This document shows positions 29,549 through 38,776 of a DNA stretch of 64,000 bases, one piece after another; position 1 is the first letter of the stretch, and every line of letters starts with the position of its first letter. Below the pieces are notes generated by a model that saw nothing but the letters and a program-made list of their open reading frames with translations, searched no databases and was not told where the DNA came from. Both the position numbers and the translations under genes were made by a program. The stretch is taken from the NCBI GenBank assembly GCA_005879585.1, contig VBKG01000312.1, positions 4,400 through 68,399 of the forward strand, read 5' to 3'. The stretch is from Deltaproteobacteria bacterium (GTDB lineage: Bacteria > Desulfobacterota > Binatia > DP-6).

Positions 29549-29983
29549 ATGATCATGGACAACGAGAAAGAGGAGCGACGCGGATTTCGCGTCACGGACC
29601 GCCGGCGCTTCGCGGAGAGCGGCGAGGCCCGCGACGACGCACCGCCGGAACCGTCGGTCGACCCGAAGCCGTCCGGGCCTGCCGCTGCGGCGCCGCCTCA
29701 CACTGCGGCAGCCGCTGCCGAGGGCGTGCCGCCCGGGCCGGTGAACTTCTCGACCTTCGTCATCGGTCTCAGCACCCAGGCGCTGCTGCACCTGGGTGAG
29801 ATTGCGAACCCGATGACCAATGCGGTCGAGCGCGACCTCGAAGCCGCGAAGCACGTCATCGACATCCTGGGGATCCTGCAGGAGAAGACCCGCAACAACC
29901 TCGATGCCGGGGAGGAGACGTTGCTGTCGTCCGTTCTGTACGACCTCCGCATGCGGTACGTCGACCTGGTGCGGGAGAGCTGA
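29549..29983 (+). CDS. DUF1844 domain protein
   Basis: FSTFVIGLSTQALLHLGE core is typical of DUF1844. Confidence 0.7.
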   Translation: MIMDNEKEERRGFRVTDRRRFAESGEARDDAPPEPSVDPKPSGPAAAAPPHTAAAAAEGVPPGPVNFSTFVIGLSTQALLHLGEIANPMTNAVERDLEAAKHVIDILGILQEKTRNNLDAGEETLLSSVLYDLRMRYVDLVRES

Positions 29984-30013
29984 AGGAGTGGTCATGATCG
30001 GAAGCGGAGACGT

Positions 30014-31534
30014 ATGAACGGCGGCACGAGCCGGCGGGCGTTGCTGTTCGTCGCGTTGATCGGTTTCGCGGTCGGCCTCGCGGTGAGCGTCCGCTTCGAT
30101 CTCTTTCCGGCCAGCCAGGCGATCAACCTCTTCGGTGGCGGGGAGAAGGGCGGCGCCGAGGAGTCACCGACGGGCGCGCCGCCCGCGGTCACACTCCCCG
30201 ACTTCGCCGGCCTCGCGGAGCATCTCTCCCCCTCCGTCGTCAACATCTCGAGCACGCAGGAGGTGAAGGGCGGGCCGAGTCTCGGCATCCCGGGCGGACC
30301 CGGTGGCGGTGGCGGAGAGGGTGATCCGTTCCACGAGTTCTTCGAACCGTTCGAGAAGTTCTTCGGACAGCCGCGGCGACCCTACAAGGCGAAGAGCCTC
30401 GGGTCGGGCTTCATCATCGATACCAAGGGTTACATCCTCACCAACAACCACGTCGTCGAGAACGCGGACGAGATCGTCGTCAAGCTGTTGACCGGCAAGG
30501 AGTTCAAGGCCAAGGTCGTCGGCCGCGACCCGAAGACGGACATCGCGCTCATCGAGATTCACGGCGCGTCGGACCTGACCCCCGTGGTGCTCGGCGACTC
30601 CGACGGTCTCAAGGTCGGTCAGTGGGTGGTGGCCATCGGCAACCCCTTCGGCCTCGAGAACACCGTGACGGCGGGCATCGTCAGTGCGCTCGGCCGGCAC
30701 ATCAACCAGGGGCCGTACGACAACTTCATCCAGACCGACGCGGCCATCAATCCGGGAAACTCCGGCGGACCTCTCATCAACACGCGGGGCGAGGTGGTGG
30801 GCATCAACACCGCGATCTTCAGCCGCGGCGGCGGCAACATCGGCATCGGCTTCGCGATCCCCATCAGCCTGACCAAGGAGATCGTGCCGCAGCTGAAGGA
30901 GAAGGGGCACGTGACGCGGGGCTGGCTCGGCGTCATGATCCAGAAGGTCACGCCGGACATCGCGGACTCGCTCGGGCTGCCGAGCGCCAAGGGCGCGCTC
31001 GTCGCGGACGTCGTGAAGGAAGGACCCGCCGAGGCTGCCGGCATCAAGCAGGGCGACGTGATCATCGAGTACGACGGCAAGCCGGTGACCGACTCCGCCG
31101 AGCTACCGCTGCTCGTGGCGCGAACCCCTGTCGGCAAGACCGTCAAGCTGAAGGCGATCCGCGACAAGAGCGAGCAGAACTTCACCATCAAGATCGCGGA
31201 GCTGAAGGAAGAGGAGACCGCGCAGGCGGGGACCGGCACCGCCGAGGATCTCGGCCTGACCGTGCAGACGCTCACGCCGGAGGTGGCCGAGAACCTCGGC
31301 CTCGACCGCAGCCTGAAGGGCGTCATCGTCACGCAGGTCGACGCAGGCGGCCCCGCCGCCGACGCCGGCCTCCGGCGCGGCGACGTCATCCTCGAGGTCA
31401 ACCGCACCCCCGTGAAGGACGTCGACGCCTACCGCAAGGGCCTCAAGTCTTCCGGCAAGGGCAAGAGCGTCCTCTTCCTCGTCCGCCGCGGCGACAACAC
31501 GATCTTCCTCGCGGTCAAGCCGTCGTCGGGGTAG
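30014..31534 (+). CDS. degP: Periplasmic serine endoprotease DegP/HtrA (trypsin + 2 PDZ)
   Basis: GNSGGPL catalytic serine motif, two PDZ domains, signal peptide. Confidence 0.9.
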   Translation: MNGGTSRRALLFVALIGFAVGLAVSVRFDLFPASQAINLFGGGEKGGAEESPTGAPPAVTLPDFAGLAEHLSPSVVNISSTQEVKGGPSLGIPGGPGGGGGEGDPFHEFFEPFEKFFGQPRRPYKAKSLGSGFIIDTKGYILTNNHVVENADEIVVKLLTGKEFKAKVVGRDPKTDIALIEIHGASDLTPVVLGDSDGLKVGQWVVAIGNPFGLENTVTAGIVSALGRHINQGPYDNFIQTDAAINPGNSGGPLINTRGEVVGINTAIFSRGGGNIGIGFAIPISLTKEIVPQLKEKGHVTRGWLGVMIQKVTPDIADSLGLPSAKGALVADVVKEGPAEAAGIKQGDVIIEYDGKPVTDSAELPLLVARTPVGKTVKLKAIRDKSEQNFTIKIAELKEEETAQAGTGTAEDLGLTVQTLTPEVAENLGLDRSLKGVIVTQVDAGGPAADAGLRRGDVILEVNRTPVKDVDAYRKGLKSSGKGKSVLFLVRRGDNTIFLAVKPSSG

Positions 31535-31705
31535 CGCGTGCGGCGCCGGAGTGCCGTGCGCGGGAGCGGGGGCACCGGCTCGGCTCCCGGTCCTGGCCGT
31601 AAGCGCGCGGACGAGAATGCGGCGTCCCACCGAATGCCGGTGTCGGTGCGTGGCGCGGCGACGCCGTGGAAGGCGGGACGGGGTGCCGCCGCGGCGACCT
31701 CCGCA

Positions 31706-31799
31706 GCCTCCGCACGCGCCTGCAGCTGCGGGGGGACGTTGCAGCTTCGAGGCGTGCGTGAGGCGAGGACCGGGAGCCGCGGCGGCACCCCGTCCCGCC
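31706..31799 (+). repeat. Copy A of a roughly 95-nt conserved structured intergenic element (candidate ncRNA / 3'UTR element)
   Basis: About 75% identical to 53290-53386, same orientation; contains CGGGGGGACG and GAGGACCGG blocks; complementary arms CGCACGCGCC / GGCGTGCGTG. Confidence 0.55.
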
Positions 31800-31835
31800 A
31801 CCCCGCCGCGATCAAGCGGCGCGCCTGACGACGTC

Positions 31836-32849
31836 GTGCTCATTCTCGGCATCGAGAGCTCGTGCGACGACTCCGCGGCCGCCGTGCTCGACGGCGGCAC
31901 GCTGCGCTCGTCGGTGGTCTCGTCGCAGGACGCGGTCCATGGGCCGTACGGCGGCGTGGTGCCCGAGCTCGCCTCGCGCCATCACGTGCGCAACATGCTG
32001 CCGGTGATCGACGCGGCCCTGTCGCGCGCCGCCGTCGATCTCGATGCCGTCGACGGGATCGCGGTGACGTGCGGTCCCGGGCTCATCGGCTCGCTCCTCG
32101 TGGGGCTGTCGGTCGCGAAGGGAATCGCGCAGGCACGTCGTCTTCCGCTGGTCGGCGTGAACCACCTGGAGGGCCATCTGCTCGCCGCCAACCTCGACCG
32201 GCCGCCCGACGACCCGATCCCGTTTCCCTTCCTCGGCCTGATCGTCTCCGGTGGCCACACGGGCCTCTATCTCGCGCGCGGCGCAGGGGATTATCGCTGC
32301 CTTGGCCGGACGCGCGACGACGCCGTCGGCGAGGCGTTCGACAAGGTCGCGAAGCTCCTGGGTCTCGGCTACCCGGGCGGGCCGGCGATCCAGCGGCTCG
32401 CCGAGCGCGGCAACCCGGGGGCGGTCCGCTTGCCGCGCGCGCGCCTGAAGCGCGGACGGTTCGACTTCAGCTTCAGTGGCTTCAAGACCGCGGTCTGGCA
32501 GCGCGTGCACGACGAGCCGCCGGCTCCCGACGCTCTTCCCGACCTCGCCGCGAGCGTGCAGGAGGCGCTCGTCGACATGCTCGTCGGCACGACCGTCGAA
32601 GCGCTCGAAGAGACGGGCGTGGCTCGTCTTGTCGTCTCGGGTGGCGTGTCGGCCAACCGCCGGTTGCGGGCGCGGATGGCGGACGCGGGCAGCGAGCTCG
32701 GCGTCGACGTGGTGTTCCCGCGCTTCGAGCTCTGCACCGACAATGCCGCCATGATCGCGCTCGGCGGCGCGCGCCGGCTCGAGGCGGGGGAGGACGACGG
32801 CCTCGCGATTGGCGCCGAGGCCGACTTGCCGCTCGGCGCCGCCGGGTGA
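31836..32849 (+). CDS. tsaD: tRNA N6-adenosine threonylcarbamoyltransferase
   Basis: Kae1/TsaD family (GIESSCDD, metal-binding His pair); GTG 31836. Confidence 0.9.
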   Translation: MLILGIESSCDDSAAAVLDGGTLRSSVVSSQDAVHGPYGGVVPELASRHHVRNMLPVIDAALSRAAVDLDAVDGIAVTCGPGLIGSLLVGLSVAKGIAQARRLPLVGVNHLEGHLLAANLDRPPDDPIPFPFLGLIVSGGHTGLYLARGAGDYRCLGRTRDDAVGEAFDKVAKLLGLGYPGGPAIQRLAERGNPGAVRLPRARLKRGRFDFSFSGFKTAVWQRVHDEPPAPDALPDLAASVQEALVDMLVGTTVEALEETGVARLVVSGGVSANRRLRARMADAGSELGVDVVFPRFELCTDNAAMIALGGARRLEAGEDDGLAIGAEADLPLGAAG

Positions 32850-33682
32850 TGGGCGCGCGGCGGGAGGCGCGCGAGGCGCTCGCCGCCGCCGGCCTCCGGC
32901 CGAGAAAGGGCTGGGGCCAGCACTTTCTCTGCGACCCGGGGGTCGCCCACCGCATCGTCGAGACGGCGGACGTCGGGCCGCGGAGCGTGGTGCTCGAGAT
33001 CGGTCCCGGGCTCGGCGCCCTCACCGACGAGCTCGCGGGCCGCGCGGGACGGCTGTACCTCGTCGAGGTCGATCCCGTGCTCGCCGCGCGCCTGGCCGCG
33101 CGCTACGCCGAGAACCCGCGCGTGCGGACGGTCGCAGGCGACGTGCTCGCGGTCGATCTCGAGACCCTCGTCACCGAGCCGGCGGTGACGGCGGTCGGCA
33201 ATCTGCCCTACAACATCGCCATTCCGATCCTCTTCCGCCTGCGTGAGGCGCGCGCCCGGCTGCCGCGTGCCGTCGTCATGATCCAGCGCGAGGTTGCCGA
33301 GCGGCTGGTCGCGCGTCCCTCGACGGCGGACTACGGCGTGACGACCGTGCTCATCCAGGCGGTCGCCGACGTACGCCTCGCGTTTCGCGTCTCCCGGCGG
33401 AGCTTCTTCCCGCCGCCGCGCGTCGAATCGGCCGTGGTCGACGTCCGGTGGACCGCGCGACCACGCGTCGAGCTCGGCGACGAGCAGGCGTTTCGCGAAG
33501 TCGTGCGCGCGGCCTTCGGGCAGCGGCGGAAGATGCTGCGGAACGCGCTCGCCACGCTGGCAGCGTGCCGCGGGGTCGATCTCGAGGACGCCTGCGCACG
33601 CGCCGGCGTGGCGCCGAGCGCGCGTGCCGAGACCCTCGACCTTGCCGCCTTCGCGCGCCTCGCGCGGGCGCTCGAGGGCTAG
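32849..33682 (+). CDS. rsmA: 16S rRNA (adenine1518/1519-N6)-dimethyltransferase
   Basis: SAM-binding VLEIGPGLGALT and NLPYNI motifs; ATG in TGATG overlap with tsaD. Confidence 0.9.
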   Translation: MGARREAREALAAAGLRPRKGWGQHFLCDPGVAHRIVETADVGPRSVVLEIGPGLGALTDELAGRAGRLYLVEVDPVLAARLAARYAENPRVRTVAGDVLAVDLETLVTEPAVTAVGNLPYNIAIPILFRLREARARLPRAVVMIQREVAERLVARPSTADYGVTTVLIQAVADVRLAFRVSRRSFFPPPRVESAVVDVRWTARPRVELGDEQAFREVVRAAFGQRRKMLRNALATLAACRGVDLEDACARAGVAPSARAETLDLAAFARLARALEG

Positions 33683-33685
33683 CCG

Positions 33686-34498
33686 TTGCCCGAGCTGCCC
33701 GAGGTCGAGACCGTCGCGCGCACCCTGGCCCCGGCCCTGGTCGGGCGCCGCGTCGTCGCCGTTCGGGTGCGAGAGCGGCGGCTCCGTGGCGGCGTGGCGA
33801 GGAGCTTCGCGGCGCGCCTCGAGGGCCGTCGGCTGGAAGCGGTCACCCGGCGCGGCAAATACATGGTGGTCGGACTCGACGATGGACGGCTCTGGCTCGT
33901 CCACCTCGGCATGACGGGCCAGCTGACGCTCGCCCCGTCCGACCGGACCGCGCGGCGCCACGATCACGTCGTGATCGAGCTCGATGACGGCCGCCTGGTC
34001 ACCTACAACGACCCGCGTCGCTTCGGCCGCATGGCGGTGATCGACGCGACGGCGCTCGCCGCCGAGACCGGGGCCGGGGTCGACCCGCTCGATGACGCGT
34101 TCACGCCCGAGACGCTCTTCGCGCTCACCCGCGCCCGGCGGACGCCGATCAAGGCGCTGCTGATGGACCAGCGACGGGTGGCGGGCCTGGGTAACATCTA
34201 TACGAACGAGATCCTGTTCCGCGCCGGCGTACGGCCCGGGCGGCGCGCGGCGCGGCTGGCGCGCGAGGAGTGCCGCCGCATCGTCGCCGCAAGTCACCTC
34301 GTCCTCGCCGAGGCGATCCGCCGTGGCGGCTCGTCGATCTCCGACTACCGGGATGGTCTCGGCCGGGAGGGCTGGTTCCAGCTCGATCACTGCGTCTACG
34401 ATCGCGCCGGCGAGCCGTGTCCGGGGTGTCGGACGCCGATCCGGGCCCGCGTCCTGGTCGGCCGCTCCACCTTCTACTGTCCGCGCTGTCAGCGCTGA
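33686..34498 (+). CDS. mutM: Formamidopyrimidine-DNA glycosylase
   Basis: N-terminal PELPEVE, H2TH, C-terminal CPGC..CPRC zinc finger. Confidence 0.9.
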   Translation: MPELPEVETVARTLAPALVGRRVVAVRVRERRLRGGVARSFAARLEGRRLEAVTRRGKYMVVGLDDGRLWLVHLGMTGQLTLAPSDRTARRHDHVVIELDDGRLVTYNDPRRFGRMAVIDATALAAETGAGVDPLDDAFTPETLFALTRARRTPIKALLMDQRRVAGLGNIYTNEILFRAGVRPGRRAARLAREECRRIVAASHLVLAEAIRRGGSSISDYRDGLGREGWFQLDHCVYDRAGEPCPGCRTPIRARVLVGRSTFYCPRCQR

Positions 34499-34505
34499 CG
34501 TCGCC

Positions 34506-35392
34506 CTACGCGACGGCGAAGCGCGACGGTGCCAGCCGCGCGGCGAAGAAGCCGCGCAGGCGCGGATCTTCCCCGACCACCGGGACGCGGTCCGGCGCGA
34601 ACGTCCGGAGGCCCGCCCATCTCCGACGCACCGCCCGTGGCACGAGGGACGGCGCGAGCGCCGCGAGCCGCTCGAAGCCCGACGCCACGGCCACGTCGTC
34701 GGGCACCGGGTCGCAGGCCTCGATCGGCTCCTCGTCCATCGGGCTCAGCTTGAGCCCGCCGGACTCCGGCGCGAAGTACAGGCGGTTTTCGTCGCTCGCC
34801 ACCAGCGGCCAGGCACGGACGTCGAGCGGCACGTCGAAGACGACGATCGTCCGGCGGTGCGGCACGAGTGCCGCGGGCGTCGCGCCCGCGAGGGTGCCGA
34901 TCGCCGACGCCCATGCGCCGGCGGCGTTCACCACCCAGCGGGTCGGGATCTCGCCGTCGTCGGTCAACACGGCCTGCGCGCGGCCGCCCGCGACGCGCAC
35001 CCCGCGTACCGTCACGCCGAAGCGGTGCACGACGCCGCGCCGCCGGGCGTGGCCGAGATAGGCCCAGAGAAGCGCGTGGACGTCGATGCGTCCGTCCTCC
35101 GGCAGCAGCACGGCGCCATCGATGCGGTCGGCGACGAGCGCGGGCACCCGGGCGGCCGCGTCGCCGGCGGACAGGAGGTCGAGCCGCGTGCCCGCGCGCG
35201 CGATCGCGGGCGCGAGCGCACGGATCGCGCTCCACACGGGCTCGCGGAAGAGCAGCATGATCCCGGTCGGTGCCAGGAGAGGCGTCTCGGAGAAGCCCTC
35301 CGGAGGGTGGCGGAGGAAGCCGGCGCTCGCGACCTTCAGCGCGCACCCGCGATGCCGCCGCCGACGACCACGACGTCGAACGCGCGCGTCAC
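34506..35392 (-). CDS. FAD-dependent oxidoreductase (DAO family), apparent -1 frameshift near the N-terminus
   Basis: GTG 35392 gives MTRAFDVVVVGGGIAGAR then a stop at 35336-38; the rest of the protein runs in another frame to 34506; one extra G in the CCC/GGG run at 35346-48 would join them. Confidence 0.65.
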
Positions 35393-36219
35393 GACGGCGT
35401 CATGCGGCCGGCGCCGTCGAGCCGCACGTCGAGAAGGTCTCGCAGCCCGTCGCCGAGCAGCTGGAGCGCGAGCACGGCGAGTGCGAGGGCGAGACCGGGA
35501 AAGACGACGAGGTGCGGCGCGACGAGCAGGAACGGCCGCCCCTCGTCGATCATCGCGCCCCAGGACGGCAGCGGCGGCGGGGCACCGACGCCGAGGAAGG
35601 AGAGGCTGCCCTCGGCCACCATCGCGCCCGCCATGCCGAACGTCGCCTGGACGAGGAGGACGGGCCCCGCGAGCGGCAGGAGATGGCGCGCCACGATCCG
35701 GACGGGGCGGGCCCCGAGGGCACGCGCCGCGGCGACGAACTCCCGCTCGCGGAGGCTCATGACGGCGGCGCGCGCCAGCCGGGCGTAGCCCGTCCAGCCG
35801 AGCACGCTGAGTGCCAGGACGACGTTCGGCAGGCTCGGCCCGCGGACGGCGGCGAGGGCGATCGCGAGCAGCAGGCCGGGAAACGCGAGCAGCACGTCGA
35901 TCACGCGCGTGAGCGCCTCGTCGACCCAGCCGCCGGCGTACCCGGCGACGCAGCCGAGCACCGTGCCGGCAGCGAGCGACAGCCCGACGGCGGCCGTCGC
36001 GACGCCAAGGGAGATGCGGGTCCCGTAGAGGACGCGCGCGAGCACGTCGCGGCCGAGCGTGTCCTGCCCGAGGAGGTGCGCGCCGCCCGGCGCTCCGAGC
36101 CGCGCGCCCAGGTCCGGCGTGTAGGGACCCGTGGGAGCGAGCCACGGTGCCGCGGCGCCTGCGAGCGCGATCACGATCAGGCCGGCGACGCCCGCCACGA
36201 CGCCGAGGCGGCTCGTCAC
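35389..36219 (-). CDS. ABC transporter permease (DppC/OppC-like)
   Basis: Six TM helices with an EAA-like loop; GTGA overlaps at both ends. Confidence 0.85.
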   Translation of the reverse strand: MTSRLGVVAGVAGLIVIALAGAAAPWLAPTGPYTPDLGARLGAPGGAHLLGQDTLGRDVLARVLYGTRISLGVATAAVGLSLAAGTVLGCVAGYAGGWVDEALTRVIDVLLAFPGLLLAIALAAVRGPSLPNVVLALSVLGWTGYARLARAAVMSLREREFVAAARALGARPVRIVARHLLPLAGPVLLVQATFGMAGAMVAEGSLSFLGVGAPPPLPSWGAMIDEGRPFLLVAPHLVVFPGLALALAVLALQLLGDGLRDLLDVRLDGAGRMTPS

Positions 36220-37139
36220 GCCGGCTCCGCCAGGCGCGGGTCGATCGCCCGCACGAGCACGTCGGCCGCCGTGTTGATCGCGACGTAGGTCACCCCGATC
36301 ACGAGCACGCATCCCTGGACCAGCGGATAGTCCCGCGCCTGGATGGCCTGCACGACGAGCCGGCCGATCCCGGGCCACGCGAAGATGGTCTCGGTGATGA
36401 CGGCGCCGGCGAGGAGTGCGCCCGCCTGCAGGCCGAGGACGGTGACGACCGGCACGAGGGCGTTCCGGAGCGCGTGGACGCCGACCGCCCGCCAGCGCGG
36501 CGCGCCCTTGGCCCGCGCCGTGCGCACGTAATCCTCGCCGAGCGCCGCGAGCACGCTCGCCCGGGTCAGCCGGACGAGGATGCCGCCCATGCCGAGCGCC
36601 AGCGTCGCGGCGGGCAGGACGAGGTGCGCGAGTCCGCCACGGCCCGACACGGGCAGCCAGTCGAGTCGCATGGCGAAGGCGAACATCAGGACGGGACCGA
36701 GCCAGAAGCTCGGCAGGCACACGCCCGCGAGGCTCGCCAGGCGGACGATGCGGTCGAGGGCACGGCCGCGCCACACCGCGGCCAGGACGCCGAGCGGCAC
36801 GGCGCCGCCGACGGCGAGGAGTAGCGCAGCGATCGCGAGCTCGACGGTCGCCGGATAGCGATCGGCGATCACGCGGGCGACGGGAGCGCGAAAGGCGATC
36901 GACTGGCCGAAATCGCCGCGTGCGGCATGCCCGACGAAGCGAACGTACTGGGCGGCGAGCGGCCGGTCGAGGCCGAGGTCGCGCCGCAGCGCCACCGCGT
37001 CGGCGGGTGCGGCCCAGTCCCCGAGCATGATCTCGACGGGGTCGCCCGGCAGCAGGTGGAGGAAGGCGAAGACCAGCGTCACGACGCCGAGCACGGTGGG
37101 CAGGAGGAGGACCAGCCGCCGGCCGGGGAGGGTGCCCAT
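36216..37139 (-). CDS. ABC transporter permease (DppB/OppB-like)
   Basis: ATG 37139 shares a nucleotide with the binding-protein TGA; BPD permease fold. Confidence 0.85.
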   Translation of the reverse strand: MGTLPGRRLVLLLPTVLGVVTLVFAFLHLLPGDPVEIMLGDWAAPADAVALRRDLGLDRPLAAQYVRFVGHAARGDFGQSIAFRAPVARVIADRYPATVELAIAALLLAVGGAVPLGVLAAVWRGRALDRIVRLASLAGVCLPSFWLGPVLMFAFAMRLDWLPVSGRGGLAHLVLPAATLALGMGGILVRLTRASVLAALGEDYVRTARAKGAPRWRAVGVHALRNALVPVVTVLGLQAGALLAGAVITETIFAWPGIGRLVVQAIQARDYPLVQGCVLVIGVTYVAINTAADVLVRAIDPRLAEPA

Positions 37140-38776
37140 CAATCGAGCCGGGCGGTGGCGAGGCTGCGCAGGTCGCCGCTCGGCGACGGCTCGAATCCGC
37201 GCAGCCGTCGCGTATGCACGGCGATCCGATCCTCCCACCACAGGGGCACGATCGGGACGTCGTGCGCGAGCCGCCGCTGCACGCGCGCGTAGATGGTCCG
37301 CCGCTCGAGCGGGTCGAAGGTCCGCCGCCCGGCGCTCGTCAGACGATCGGTCACGCGGCTCACGTAGGCGCCGCGGTTGTAGCCCGCGGGCGGCACCATG
37401 GTCGAGTGGAATGCCAGGTAGTACAGGTCCGGGTCGGTGACGCCGACCCAGGCGAGCGACGCCATCTCGAAGTTGCCGCTGCGGACGTCGGCATAGAGAG
37501 TGCCCCACTCGTAGACCCGCACGTCGACCGCGATGCCGACGTTCGCGAGATCCGCCTGCACGGCTTCCGCCAGCCGTCGCCGCAGCGGCTGGGCGGACGT
37601 CTTGTAGACCAGGCGGAAGCGTGGCGTGCCGCGACCCCGCGACGGGTAGCCTGCTCGCGCGAGGAGACGTCGCGCGCGCCGGGGATCGTGGCGACGCGCT
37701 GGCGCCGGGGCGTATGCCCAGTGCTCGGGCGCCAGGAGCCCGGTCGCGGGCCGCGCGGCGCCGCCCAGGACGTACCGCACGAGCCCGTCCCGGTCGACGG
37801 CGAGGGCGATGGCCTCGCGGACGCGCCGGTCGGCGAGCCGGGGGTCGCGCAGGTTGAGCGCGAGGTACACGAAGCTCGTCCCCGGCGCCCTGCGGACGAC
37901 CAGGGTGGGTGCGGCGGCGAGCCAGGTCACCATCTCGGGCTCGGGCGCATCCTCGAGCAGGTGAATGCCGCCGCGCCGGAGCTCGAGCACCCGGACGGTC
38001 TCGTCGGGCACGATGCGGATGACCAGGGGGTCGAGCCGCGGCGGCCCGTCGGGGTAGTAGGGGTTCGGCGCGAGGACGAGCCGGTCGCCGCGGACGACCG
38101 ACACCAGCCGGAACGGTCCGGCGCCGGTCGTGACGTCGTCCGCCTCCCGGGCTCGGGCCGCGGGCAGGATGCCGAGGCCGGTCGCGTCAAGGAACGAGGC
38201 CGAGGCGTCGGTGAGGTGCATGACGACGGTCGTCGCGTCGGGCGTGTCGATGACAGACAGCGCGGCGAGCGCTGTACGCTTTGGCGACGCGAGTGCGGGG
38301 TCGCGCACGGCATCGTAGGTGGCCTTGACGTCTGCAGCGGTGACCGCCGTGCCGTCCGCGAACCGGAAATCCGGACGCAGGTGGAAGACGACCGTGCGCC
38401 GATCCTCCATGGTCCAGCTGCGCGCGAGCTCCGGAACGCGCCGGCCGGTCGGATCAGCTCGGGTGAGGGCGACGTGAAGCAAGTCGCCCAGCCGGGCGCC
38501 GTTGGCGTCGGTCTGGAACCGGGGGTCGAGGCTCCGCGGGTCGCTGTCGAAGGCGACGACCAGCCCGCCGGGAGGGGGCGCCACCTCGCCGCAGCCGGTG
38601 GCGAGCGCGCCGAGCAGCGTCAGAACAATGCCGGTCGCAGACGACGGTTTGACTCTGTTCGAAACGCTTTGGTAGCATGCCCGTAGCTTGCTTTCGCGTG
38701 CACGACGGCAGGCAAGGGGCCAGTGGAGGCCAATGCGCGTCAAGCTGGGTTTTCTAGTAGCCTTCTTTTTCACCAC
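37139..38776 (-). CDS. ABC transporter substrate-binding protein, family 5 (peptide/nickel/opine type), lipoprotein
   Basis: Lipobox LLGALATGC; SBP_bac_5-like body; start ambiguous (GTG 38776 / TTG 38743 / ATG 38809), no start codon directly before the signal peptide. Confidence 0.75.
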   Translation of the reverse strand: MVKKKATRKPSLTRIGLHWPLACRRARESKLRACYQSVSNRVKPSSATGIVLTLLGALATGCGEVAPPPGGLVVAFDSDPRSLDPRFQTDANGARLGDLLHVALTRADPTGRRVPELARSWTMEDRRTVVFHLRPDFRFADGTAVTAADVKATYDAVRDPALASPKRTALAALSVIDTPDATTVVMHLTDASASFLDATGLGILPAARAREADDVTTGAGPFRLVSVVRGDRLVLAPNPYYPDGPPRLDPLVIRIVPDETVRVLELRRGGIHLLEDAPEPEMVTWLAAAPTLVVRRAPGTSFVYLALNLRDPRLADRRVREAIALAVDRDGLVRYVLGGAARPATGLLAPEHWAYAPAPARRHDPRRARRLLARAGYPSRGRGTPRFRLVYKTSAQPLRRRLAEAVQADLANVGIAVDVRVYEWGTLYADVRSGNFEMASLAWVGVTDPDLYYLAFHSTMVPPAGYNRGAYVSRVTDRLTSAGRRTFDPLERRTIYARVQRRLAHDVPIVPLWWEDRIAVHTRRLRGFEPSPSGDLRSLATARLD

